The position numbers were made by a program, and so were the translations under genes. Source: Pseudomonadota bacterium (lineage in GTDB: Bacteria > Pseudomonadota > Alphaproteobacteria > Rhizobiales > Xanthobacteraceae). Taken from it: a stretch of 46,498 bases of DNA. Under the pieces are notes generated by a model. It was not told the DNA's origin. It did not search any database and saw only the letters and a list, made by a program, of their open reading frames with translations. The DNA lies in the NCBI GenBank assembly GCA_963205465.1, contig CAUJKG010000020.1, positions 1 to 46,498 on the forward strand, in the 5' to 3' direction. Shown one piece after another: positions 34,856 to 42,231 of this stretch; position 1 is the stretch's first letter, and every line of letters starts with the position of its first letter.

Positions 34856-35659
34856 GTGACAACGCTTCAGTATATTGCAGCCGGCAACGGCGTTTCGCTC
34901 GCTGTCGATGCTGCCCCCGCAAACGGCAAGCCCGCAATCATTCTCAGCAATTCGGTCGGCGCGAGCCTCGGCATGTGGGATGAATTCGTCGCACGCTGCT
35001 CCGGCGACTTCCGCATCATCCGCTACGATACCCGCGGCCACGGCCAATCGCAGATCACCGACGAAGCGATCACCATCGAAACGCTCGGAAACGATGTGCT
35101 ACGGATCATGGATGCGCTTGAGATCGAACAGGCCACGTTCTGCGGCCTGTCGCTCGGCGGTCTCACCGCGCAATGGCTCGGTGTGAACCACGCAGGCCGC
35201 TTCGACGGGATCGTGCTTGCGAACACGGCGGCGAATTTTCCACCGGCGACGATGTGGCACGATCGCGCGAAAGCCGTCCGCGAAGGCGGCATGAGCCCGC
35301 TAGTGCAGGCGACCATCGAACGCTGGTTCACGAAGCCATTTCAGGAAGCCAATCCAAAACGGATCGCGGAAGTCGCGGCGATGATCACAGCCACCTCTCC
35401 CATCGGTTACGCGCGTTGCTGCGAAGTGCTCGCTTCGACCGACATGCTGCCGGCACTCCCTTCGCTCGCCCTTCCCGTTCGCATCATCTGTGGCGAGAAG
35501 GATCCGTCGACGACGATTGCGCGCGGCGAAGAGCTTGCCAAGGCAATTCCAAATAGCAGCATGGCGGTTCTGGATGCAGCGCACATCTCGGCCATCGAGG
35601 CTGCCGATACCTTTGCCGAGAGCGTAAAAGAGTTTTGCTCCACGCTGCGCCGGAAGTAA
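34856..35659 (+). CDS. Alpha/beta-fold hydrolase (3-oxoadipate enol-lactonase-like)
   Basis: Nucleophile elbow GLSLGG, HG oxyanion region (PAIILSNSVGASLGMW) and C-terminal His (DAAHIS). The start is uncertain: I chose GTG 34856 by N-terminal alignment logic; the longest ORF begins at TTG 34790. Confidence 0.8.
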   Translation: MTTLQYIAAGNGVSLAVDAAPANGKPAIILSNSVGASLGMWDEFVARCSGDFRIIRYDTRGHGQSQITDEAITIETLGNDVLRIMDALEIEQATFCGLSLGGLTAQWLGVNHAGRFDGIVLANTAANFPPATMWHDRAKAVREGGMSPLVQATIERWFTKPFQEANPKRIAEVAAMITATSPIGYARCCEVLASTDMLPALPSLALPVRIICGEKDPSTTIARGEELAKAIPNSSMAVLDAAHISAIEAADTFAESVKEFCSTLRRK

Positions 35660-35888
35660 CGATCCGCTACCTCAAGGCAAAGGAGACTGCGCCGTCATAG
35701 GTGCGCCGAAACTTATCGGCGGCTTCACCGATGCGGAATGGAAATCGATCATCAAGGCGCTCCACCTCGGCGGCGTGATCACCGAAACCAACATTCCGAT
35801 GAGCAAGCTCTATTCGAGCGCGCTCGCCGAGCAGTACAACAAGTTCGACCATGCCGCGATCATCGCACGGGCAAAGGCCGCGAAGTAA
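35628..35888 (+). pseudogene. Start-less 86-codon reading frame between the hydrolase gene and a strong terminator (possible gene remnant or unconventional start)
   Basis: The frame is open from 35628 to TAA 35886-35888 and reads ...GAPKLIGGFTDAEWKSIIKALHLGGVITETNIPMSKLYSSALAEQYNKFDHAAIIARAKAAK. This looks protein-like, but the first in-frame ATG/GTG/TTG is GTG 35775. The frame is +1 relative to the hydrolase. Confidence 0.3.
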
Positions 35889-35911
35889 CCGGCTAAGTCC
35901 TCAACTGTGCC

Positions 35912-35937
35912 GCCCCGGCTTCGGCCGGGGCTTTTTT
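35912..35937 (+). terminator. Rho-independent terminator
   Basis: GCCCCGGC-TTCG-GCCGGGGC, a perfect 8-bp GC stem with a tetraloop, followed by TTTTTT. Confidence 0.85.
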
Positions 35938-36036
35938 GCCCGGTTCTGCTGGCAAGCGGCCTAAACGCAGCTTTTCTTGCGCGGCGAATTGGCTTGGCCG
36001 CAGGACGCCGAAAAGTGCTAGTTCTGGCCCGGACCA

Positions 36037-36351
36037 ATGGATGCCCTTATGCCCGCAGACAAAGACCCGCGCGACATCGAAATCATCCCGCCGGATAGCG
36101 CCAACCGGCGGCAGCGCGACGCCGAATGGATTTACGTTTCGTTTGACGGCAACCGGACATCCTTCTCGGAACTACCGCTGCATAAGCGGATTCTGCTCGG
36201 CGCCACCTGGCTTGCCGGGCTGCTTATTTTCGGCTTCGTCATTTTCCTGATCGTTGCAAGCGCGGTACTCATCTGGATCCCGCTCCTGCTTGCGATCGGC
36301 CTCATTACTGCTGGCTACATCTTTTTCCGCACACGATTCATGCGGCGATAA
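36037..36351 (+). CDS. Small hypothetical membrane protein (two TM helices)
   Basis: 104 aa: a charged N-terminal half, then LLGATWLAGLLIFGFVIFLIVASAVLIWIPLLLAIGLITAGYIFF. I recognise no family; an internal ATG at 36049 is a possible alternative start. Confidence 0.55.
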   Translation: MDALMPADKDPRDIEIIPPDSANRRQRDAEWIYVSFDGNRTSFSELPLHKRILLGATWLAGLLIFGFVIFLIVASAVLIWIPLLLAIGLITAGYIFFRTRFMRR

Positions 36352-36412
36352 ATTCGCTACGCTCTTTCGCTCTTTTTCGGCTGCGGCAGCGCCGGACGGG
36401 CAAGCAACGCCG

Positions 36413-37171
36413 TCAGTGCATTACCACGCCGCCATCGACGACAAGCGTCTGGCCCGTGATGAAGTTGCAGTCATCGCTCGCAAAAAAGATCAGCGCGCCA
36501 AGAATATCCTCCGGCACCGACTCGCGTTTGATCGCTCGGGTAGCGATGACCGAGTCCATCACCTTGGTCCAGTCAGCATGGTTCTTGACGTTGGCACTTG
36601 CCACCAAACCGGGAGCAATTGCATTCACGCAAATGTTGCTGTCGCTCAGTTCGCGTGCAATCGAACGGGTAAGCGCGACAATCGCTCCCTTTGACGTCAC
36701 GTAGTGGAGCAGCATTGCGGTTCCCTTGAACACGGTCGCCGACGAGATGTTGATAATCTTGCCACCGCCAGACTGCTTCATCAGAGGCACGACCGCCTTG
36801 ATGGTCTGCCAGGTACCCCGGACGTTGACTTTCATCACGCGGTCCCACTCGTCTTCGGAAAGCGTGTCATAGCTTCCCATCCGAAGCGCCCCGAAAAGCG
36901 CGGCGTTATTGACGAGAATGTCGGCGCGGCCGAACGCATTCTTCGTCGCCGAAACCATCTTCTCCAAAGACTCGTTACTCGTAATATCGGCCACGACACC
37001 GATGGCTTCGCCCCCGATCTCCTTGATCGCGGCAACCGTTTCCACCGGCTCCACTACGTCGGAAATGCTGACCTTTGCTCCTGCTTTCGCAAGTTCGAGC
37101 GCATAAGCCCTGCCGATCCCTTGCGCGGCACCGGTTACGATCGCCACTTTGTTCGCCAGCCTGCCGCTCAT
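36413..37171 (-). CDS. Short-chain dehydrogenase/reductase (SDR)
   Basis: Cofactor motif TGAAQGIG, NNAA, and the catalytic YxxxK (YVTSK); 252 aa. Confidence 0.9.
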   Translation of the reverse strand: MSGRLANKVAIVTGAAQGIGRAYALELAKAGAKVSISDVVEPVETVAAIKEIGGEAIGVVADITSNESLEKMVSATKNAFGRADILVNNAALFGALRMGSYDTLSEDEWDRVMKVNVRGTWQTIKAVVPLMKQSGGGKIINISSATVFKGTAMLLHYVTSKGAIVALTRSIARELSDSNICVNAIAPGLVASANVKNHADWTKVMDSVIATRAIKRESVPEDILGALIFFASDDCNFITGQTLVVDGGVVMH

Positions 37172-37407
37172 CCAATGCTCCCGATATTCATTCTTAAACC
37201 GTCAGTGCCCCGAAGGCCCCGACCGCATAAACTCGCCGTGACTCATGTTGATCACGTCAAATAATCGTCAGGCTCACGGGCAACCAAGATAATCGCAATG
37301 CCGTGCACGAGACCGTCAATTATCTACGGCGCGAGAATGAACTGAAGATAGTCAGCCTCAAGCATAGAAGCTTTTCCTCAGCATTCTTGCGCCGCAGCCC
37401 GGGAGGA

Positions 37408-38586
37408 TTAGAAGCGCGTGCAGGCATCGGGTCCGATCGCATCGGCAGCCGAAATCGTGCTCACGACCTTGAACTGACCGTTCTCGATGCGAACGATGAA
37501 CATCGGCGACATGGCCTGATGGTCTCCGCCACGGATGGTTTTCTGTCCTTGTGGGGTCATCCACGAAAGGTTCCGGAGCGCATCACGCAGCTTGTCAGTC
37601 TCGATCGAACCGGCCTTCTCGGCAGCAGCCTTGTAGGCATAGAGCATGCCGTAGGAGTCAGCGGCGAAGAGATCCGGATCTTCCTGGAACTTCGCGCGGA
37701 ACGCCGCCACGAACTTCTTGTTTTCCGGCGTGTCGATCAGCGGCGAATAGCCGATGCCGGTGACATAGCCTTCCGCAGCCTTACCCAGCGCCGTGATGTT
37801 CTGCCCGGTGACCGTACCTGCGGAACCGATGACCGATACATTGCGGAGCATATTAAACTCCTGCATCTGCGTGAGCAGGCGAACGGTGTCGTTACCCGCT
37901 GTCGAAAGATAAATAACGTCAGGGCGCGCGGAGCGAATTTGACCGAAATACTGCGAGTAATCCTTAGAATCTAGCGGCGCGAAAATTTCGCCAATCGACT
38001 TGATGTTGAGGCTCTCGGCGCTGCGCTTGAAAGCGGCAACCGTCGAACGGCCCATTTCATAGTCGGGACCGACGAGGAACAGCTTGGCCTGCGGCTTTTC
38101 CTTCTTGAGCCAGGCGGCGAGCGCAACCGATTGCTGCTCGGCGCGTGCATTGACGCGGAACACGTTCGGCGAGCAGCGGTCGCCGGTGATGGAGTCGGCG
38201 TAAGACACCGTGGTCGAGACAAGACGATTGTTACGCTCGCCAAGCAGGCCGACCGCGAGCGTGGACGCAGAGTTCACGGTGCCGGTCAGGAAGTCCACTT
38301 TCTCCACCTGCAACAACCGCTCTGCCTTCTGCACAGCGACGGCAGGATTCGCTTCTTCGTCCTCGAACAGGAGCACAAGTTTGCGGCCATTGATGCCGCC
38401 CGCATCGTTGATCTCGGCGGCAGCGAGTTCGAAGCCCCAGCGAACGGTGCGGCCGATGCCCGCGTATCCGCCGGAAAGCGGCGTCACGACGCCGATCTTG
38501 ATCGGCTCCTGCGCATAAACCGGCGGGGTTGGCGCTATGGCAAGCACCGCGCCTGCAACAGCCAAAGTTGTAGCGAGTTTCTTCAA
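37408..38586 (-). CDS. HAAT-family (LivJ-like, type I) periplasmic substrate-binding protein
   Basis: Signal peptide MKKLATTLAVAGAVLAIAPTPPVYAQ followed by EPIKIGVVTPLSGGYAGIG, typical of this family. GGGAGGAGAC RBS. Confidence 0.9.
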   Translation of the reverse strand: MKKLATTLAVAGAVLAIAPTPPVYAQEPIKIGVVTPLSGGYAGIGRTVRWGFELAAAEINDAGGINGRKLVLLFEDEEANPAVAVQKAERLLQVEKVDFLTGTVNSASTLAVGLLGERNNRLVSTTVSYADSITGDRCSPNVFRVNARAEQQSVALAAWLKKEKPQAKLFLVGPDYEMGRSTVAAFKRSAESLNIKSIGEIFAPLDSKDYSQYFGQIRSARPDVIYLSTAGNDTVRLLTQMQEFNMLRNVSVIGSAGTVTGQNITALGKAAEGYVTGIGYSPLIDTPENKKFVAAFRAKFQEDPDLFAADSYGMLYAYKAAAEKAGSIETDKLRDALRNLSWMTPQGQKTIRGGDHQAMSPMFIVRIENGQFKVVSTISAADAIGPDACTRF

Positions 38587-38655
38587 GGTCTCCTCCCTTA
38601 TGAGTATTTCGACTGATTGTTCTAGTTCTTTTGGGGCAATGATATTGTTCGGAAT

Positions 38656-38669
38656 GTTGATTTGTCAAC
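38656..38669. promoter_or_regulatory. GTTGATTTGTCAAC box (copy 1); candidate MarR operator
   Basis: It lies 70 nt upstream of the SBP start (38586) and 105 nt upstream of the MarR start (38774). It matches 13 of 14 positions of the box at 42110-42123. The arms GTTGA/TCAAC are inverted. Confidence 0.5.
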
Positions 38670-38701
38670 CAATCAGTCCGCTTTCCAACGAATCTAATAA
38701 C

Positions 38702-38718
38702 CCGTTGCGGATCAACGG
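38702..38718. promoter_or_regulatory. Inverted repeat CCGTTG-CGGAT-CAACGG upstream of the MarR gene
   Basis: Perfect 6-bp arms, 56 nt upstream of the MarR ATG. It overlaps the direct repeat TTGCGG...TTGCGG. Confidence 0.3.
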
Positions 38719-38773
38719 ATTGCGGCGATTTCGGCTATAATGGCTGCATGCGATTCAGTGCCTGGGGTGCCCG

Positions 38774-39301
38774 ATGACGCCGAACAAACGATCTGCCGCG
38801 AGCCGCACGGTTCTCGACCTCGATCGTCACATTCCCTATTTCTTCACGTACATTTCCAACAAACTTTCGAGCGGCGCAGGCCGGCTCTATCGAAAGCATT
38901 TCGGCATCGGCATCACCGAATGGCGCATCATGGGGGTGCTGGCAGGCTACCCCGAAATCAACGCGAACCAGATCTGTATCAAGATCGGAATGGATAAGGC
39001 CGCGATCAGCCGCAGCCTGCAAATCCTCGAAAAGCAGAAGCTCATCTTTTTCACCAACACCGACGACAACCGGACGCGAAGCATCTCGCTGACGCCGAGC
39101 GGTTATAAAGTTCACGACCAGATTATCGAGATCGCGCTCGAGCGGGAAAACCTACTGGTCGCTAAATTCACGAACGAAGAGCGCCGCCTGTTCGAGAAAT
39201 TCCTGCGCAATCTTCGTACGGAGGTCGCCAACGTCAATGCGTGGGATCCTTTCGAGAAGCCCCCCGCTCCCAATCGCAAGCGCTCCGGTCAGGCCGGCTG
39301 A
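38774..39301 (+). CDS. MarR-family transcriptional regulator
   Basis: 175 aa with a MarR wHTH core (ITEWRIMGVLAGYPEINANQICIKIGMDKAAISRSLQILEKQKLIFFTNTDDNRTRSISLTPSG). Confidence 0.9.
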   Translation: MTPNKRSAASRTVLDLDRHIPYFFTYISNKLSSGAGRLYRKHFGIGITEWRIMGVLAGYPEINANQICIKIGMDKAAISRSLQILEKQKLIFFTNTDDNRTRSISLTPSGYKVHDQIIEIALERENLLVAKFTNEERRLFEKFLRNLRTEVANVNAWDPFEKPPAPNRKRSGQAG

Positions 39302-40509
39302 TTGCGGACAAGAAATTTTTTGAGCGAGAAATCGGGCTCAAGAAAATCCTGCTTGGTGAGCGGAATATTACCCGCAAACAATTTTCTCGCATCCATGTGA
39401 TCAGCCGGCGCATTGATCGACTCGATCGCGACGCACTTGCCTTCCTTGAAGCAATAGACGGAGAATTTCTTCTCCTCCGGATTTCCGCGCAGGATCGCCT
39501 CGTCGTGCCCACCGCTCAGACCGGCGATCTGCAGCTTGACGTTATGCTGGTCGCTCCAGAACCACGGCACCGCCCGATACGGAGCCTGCTTGTTCCCCAT
39601 GATCACAGCGGCCACGAATTTTGCCTGATCGACCGCATTCTGCACGGATTCGATACGGATCAGACCGTCCGCATAGACCGAACGGAAGGCAGCACAATCG
39701 CCGATGGCGAAAATGGCGGGATCAGCAGTCGACAGAAACTCGTCGACCACAATGCCGTTTCTGGTTTCAAGGCCGGCAGCCTCGGCGAGCGCCACATTCG
39801 GCTCGATCCCGATGCCGGCAAACACGAGATCGGCGAGAAGCACTTCGCCCGTAATGTGCACTTCCGCTTTGCCGTCCGCCAGGGGCTTGTAGCTGACGCT
39901 GCCTGCATCACAACGCAGATCAACGCCGTTCTCTTCATGCAAGCTACGCACAAAATTCGAAGTCGGCACGCTTACCGATCTCGCCAGCACCCGCGGCGCG
40001 ATGTCGACGACGGTTACTTTATGCCCGAGCCCGCGCAAAGAAGAAGCGACTTCAAGACCGACAAAACCCGCACCGATGATTACAACGCGGCGCGGCTCCG
40101 AAAGGCGCTCGCGAATGCGGTCCGCATCGCTCCGCGTCCGCAACATCAGAATGCCGTCGGAATCGCCGGGAAATCTACGATTGCTGCCGCCGAGCGCAAG
40201 GATCAGATAAGCATAGTTTTCTGCCTGCCCCGAGGACAGGCGCACCTCCCGCTTTGAGCGATCGATCGATACGACGCTCACGTCACGCAGAAGCTCGATC
40301 TGCTTGTCGATGAAAATTTTCTCGGCGCGCAGGGGAAGCGGACTCGCGCCGCTCTTGAGATAAGTCTTCGATAGTGGGGGCCGCTGATACGGGAGGTCTG
40401 TCTCATCGCCCACGAGCACGATACGCCCCGCGTGCCCCAGATCCCGCAGGGAGATCGCCGCCTGCGTGCCGGCCTGCCCTGCTCCGGCGATGATGATCGT
40501 ATCGTTCAT
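39289..40509 (-). CDS. FAD-dependent ferredoxin--NAD(H) reductase (putidaredoxin-reductase type)
   Basis: Two dinucleotide folds (IIIAGAGQAG; VVIIGAGFVGLEVA); 406 aa. It lies directly downstream of the ferredoxin gene. Confidence 0.9.
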   Translation of the reverse strand: MNDTIIIAGAGQAGTQAAISLRDLGHAGRIVLVGDETDLPYQRPPLSKTYLKSGASPLPLRAEKIFIDKQIELLRDVSVVSIDRSKREVRLSSGQAENYAYLILALGGSNRRFPGDSDGILMLRTRSDADRIRERLSEPRRVVIIGAGFVGLEVASSLRGLGHKVTVVDIAPRVLARSVSVPTSNFVRSLHEENGVDLRCDAGSVSYKPLADGKAEVHITGEVLLADLVFAGIGIEPNVALAEAAGLETRNGIVVDEFLSTADPAIFAIGDCAAFRSVYADGLIRIESVQNAVDQAKFVAAVIMGNKQAPYRAVPWFWSDQHNVKLQIAGLSGGHDEAILRGNPEEKKFSVYCFKEGKCVAIESINAPADHMDARKLFAGNIPLTKQDFLEPDFSLKKFLVRNQPA

Positions 40510-40514
40510 GCGCT

Positions 40515-40838
40515 TCAGATCTGCGTTTCGGGAAGCTCGAGAATCAGCCCTTCCAGTTCTTCCGTCATTACGATCTGACAGCTCAAGCGGCTAGTTGCCT
40601 TGCGCTCGCAGGCAGTGGAGCCAAGCATTTCCTCCTCCACGGGGCGGATTTCGGGCAGATCGCCGCTGCGGCTATCGTCAACATAGACATGGCAGGTTGC
40701 ACACATCGCAGAGCCTCCGCATTCGCCGACGATATCCTCCACGCCTGCATTCACTGCCGCATGCATGATTGGTGTACCAAGCGGAACGTCAAGTGCCTCC
40801 CGCCGGCCGTCCGGGTGTACGAAAATGACTACAGGCAT
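40515..40838 (-). CDS. [2Fe-2S] ferredoxin, adrenodoxin/putidaredoxin type
   Basis: 107 aa with the Cys pattern CGGSAMCATCHV ... C (CQIVMT). Confidence 0.9.
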   Translation of the reverse strand: MPVVIFVHPDGRREALDVPLGTPIMHAAVNAGVEDIVGECGGSAMCATCHVYVDDSRSGDLPEIRPVEEEMLGSTACERKATSRLSCQIVMTEELEGLILELPETQI

Positions 40839-40842
40839 CGAA

Positions 40843-42036
40843 CTAGCTGTGCAATCGCAACGGCAGCTTCTCTATACCGCGAAGCGTATTGTGGACCTGA
40901 CGTTTGGGAACGCCGCAAAGCTCGATTGCTCGGACGTGTTTTGCCAAGGCCTTGAAAAGAACTTCGACTTCGAGCCGCGCAATCATCTGGCCCACGCAAC
41001 CATGAATGCCGGCGCCGAAGCCGACATGGCCTGTCGTCCTGCGGGTGATGTCGAACTCATCCGGCCGCTCCCAGCGCGCCGGGTCGCGATTGGCCGCGCC
41101 AATGGAAAGCAGTATTTTCTGATTTGCAGGAATAGGCATTCCGGCGATTTCGACGGGCCGGCTGGTGGTGCGGAAGAAGGTCTGGAACGGCGATTCAAAG
41201 CGCAACACCTCTTCGAAAGCTGCACGCACCAGGTCTGGCTTCTCACGAACCTTGTCCCATTGCTCCGGATGATCGGCAAAGCAGACGAGCGCGCTTGCGA
41301 TCGCATTTGTGGTCGTATCGATTCCGGCGGAGAGAAACGAGCGGACGATCAGGCCCGCTTCGGCCTCGGTAATCGTTCCGTCGTCAGCTGCGGTATAAAT
41401 CTGCGCGCCTAGGCCGTCCTTGGTGAGCGTTTCACGCCGGCACGCATTGGTGATCCAGGTGATGACCTCTTCCGCATTGCGCATGGCATCTTCGAACATC
41501 TCGTTGCGCGGACCCATGGTGTTGAAGACCATGTTGCCGTAAGCAACAAGATGATGCCTGCCCTCCTGCGGCACGCCTACCGCGTCGGCGAAGGCCCGCA
41601 TCGGAAACATTTCGGCAAGATTCGGGATTGCATCGAACTCGCCCAAGGCGATGCATTTCGTGACCAGATCGTCAGCCTTGGCCTCGAAGCGTTCGCGCAG
41701 CGAACGTAGCGAGGCGGGCGATAACGCGCGGCTGATGATCGCGCGGTTCTTCGTATGGTTCGGCGGGTCCGTTTCCAGGAGCAAGCTCGGCGTGCGCCAC
41801 GGCTTCTCCGCTTTCAGGTTGGAAAGACCGACGCCGGCTCCAGAGATGAACGTGTTATAATCCGCAAGCACCTGCTGTACTTGCTCGAAGCGGCCGACCG
41901 CAAGCACGTCGTATTTCTCAATACGAACGACCGGCGCCTGCCGTAGCGCATCATGATGCGAATATGGGTTCAGAATATATTCGGCCGAGAACGGATCGAC
42001 ATCCGTGTGCGGCGCTGTTCCTAGCTGCTCTTGCAC
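40843..42036 (-). CDS. Cytochrome P450 (class I; resembles CYP199A benzoate-oxidising P450s from memory)
   Basis: Haem-thiolate loop FGAGIHGCVGQ, I-helix SAGIDTT, ExxR (EEVLR). Trimmed to GTG 42036, which is preceded by GGGAGG at 7-nt spacing (397 aa). The track start at 42156 adds 40 unsupported residues. Confidence 0.9.
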   Translation of the reverse strand: MQEQLGTAPHTDVDPFSAEYILNPYSHHDALRQAPVVRIEKYDVLAVGRFEQVQQVLADYNTFISGAGVGLSNLKAEKPWRTPSLLLETDPPNHTKNRAIISRALSPASLRSLRERFEAKADDLVTKCIALGEFDAIPNLAEMFPMRAFADAVGVPQEGRHHLVAYGNMVFNTMGPRNEMFEDAMRNAEEVITWITNACRRETLTKDGLGAQIYTAADDGTITEAEAGLIVRSFLSAGIDTTTNAIASALVCFADHPEQWDKVREKPDLVRAAFEEVLRFESPFQTFFRTTSRPVEIAGMPIPANQKILLSIGAANRDPARWERPDEFDITRRTTGHVGFGAGIHGCVGQMIARLEVEVLFKALAKHVRAIELCGVPKRQVHNTLRGIEKLPLRLHS

Positions 42037-42109
42037 ACCCAACCTCCCGCAAAGTCTTTTTATTGCGCCCACACCCGGCACAGTGCGGGAAAAGAGATGG
42101 CAGAAATTT

Positions 42110-42123
42110 GTTGAGTTGTCAAC
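42110..42123. promoter_or_regulatory. GTTGAGTTGTCAAC box (copy 2); candidate MarR operator upstream of the P450 gene
   Basis: It lies 74 nt upstream of the P450 GTG start, in the 195-nt gap after the SDR gene. It matches 13 of 14 positions of 38656-38669 in the same orientation. Confidence 0.5.
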
Positions 42124-42231
42124 GATCTCGGCAAGACTGACTTCGCCAACGAGCACGCCTGCAAGGGCGGAACCGCTAGCGCAAGTCCCCCCAACTGCTT
42201 CTATCCAGAGATAAGATCCGGTCGGTGGCTA

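Noticed and set aside
33146-35047. Minus-strand ORFs of 360 aa (33146-34228) and 262 aa (34259-35047).
   Set aside because: They run antisense to the aldehyde dehydrogenase and hydrolase genes, both of which carry catalytic motifs.
35667-35852. 61-aa minus-strand ORF.
   Set aside because: It has no RBS and implausible composition, and it lies opposite a more protein-like plus-strand frame. I treat it as a shadow of that frame.
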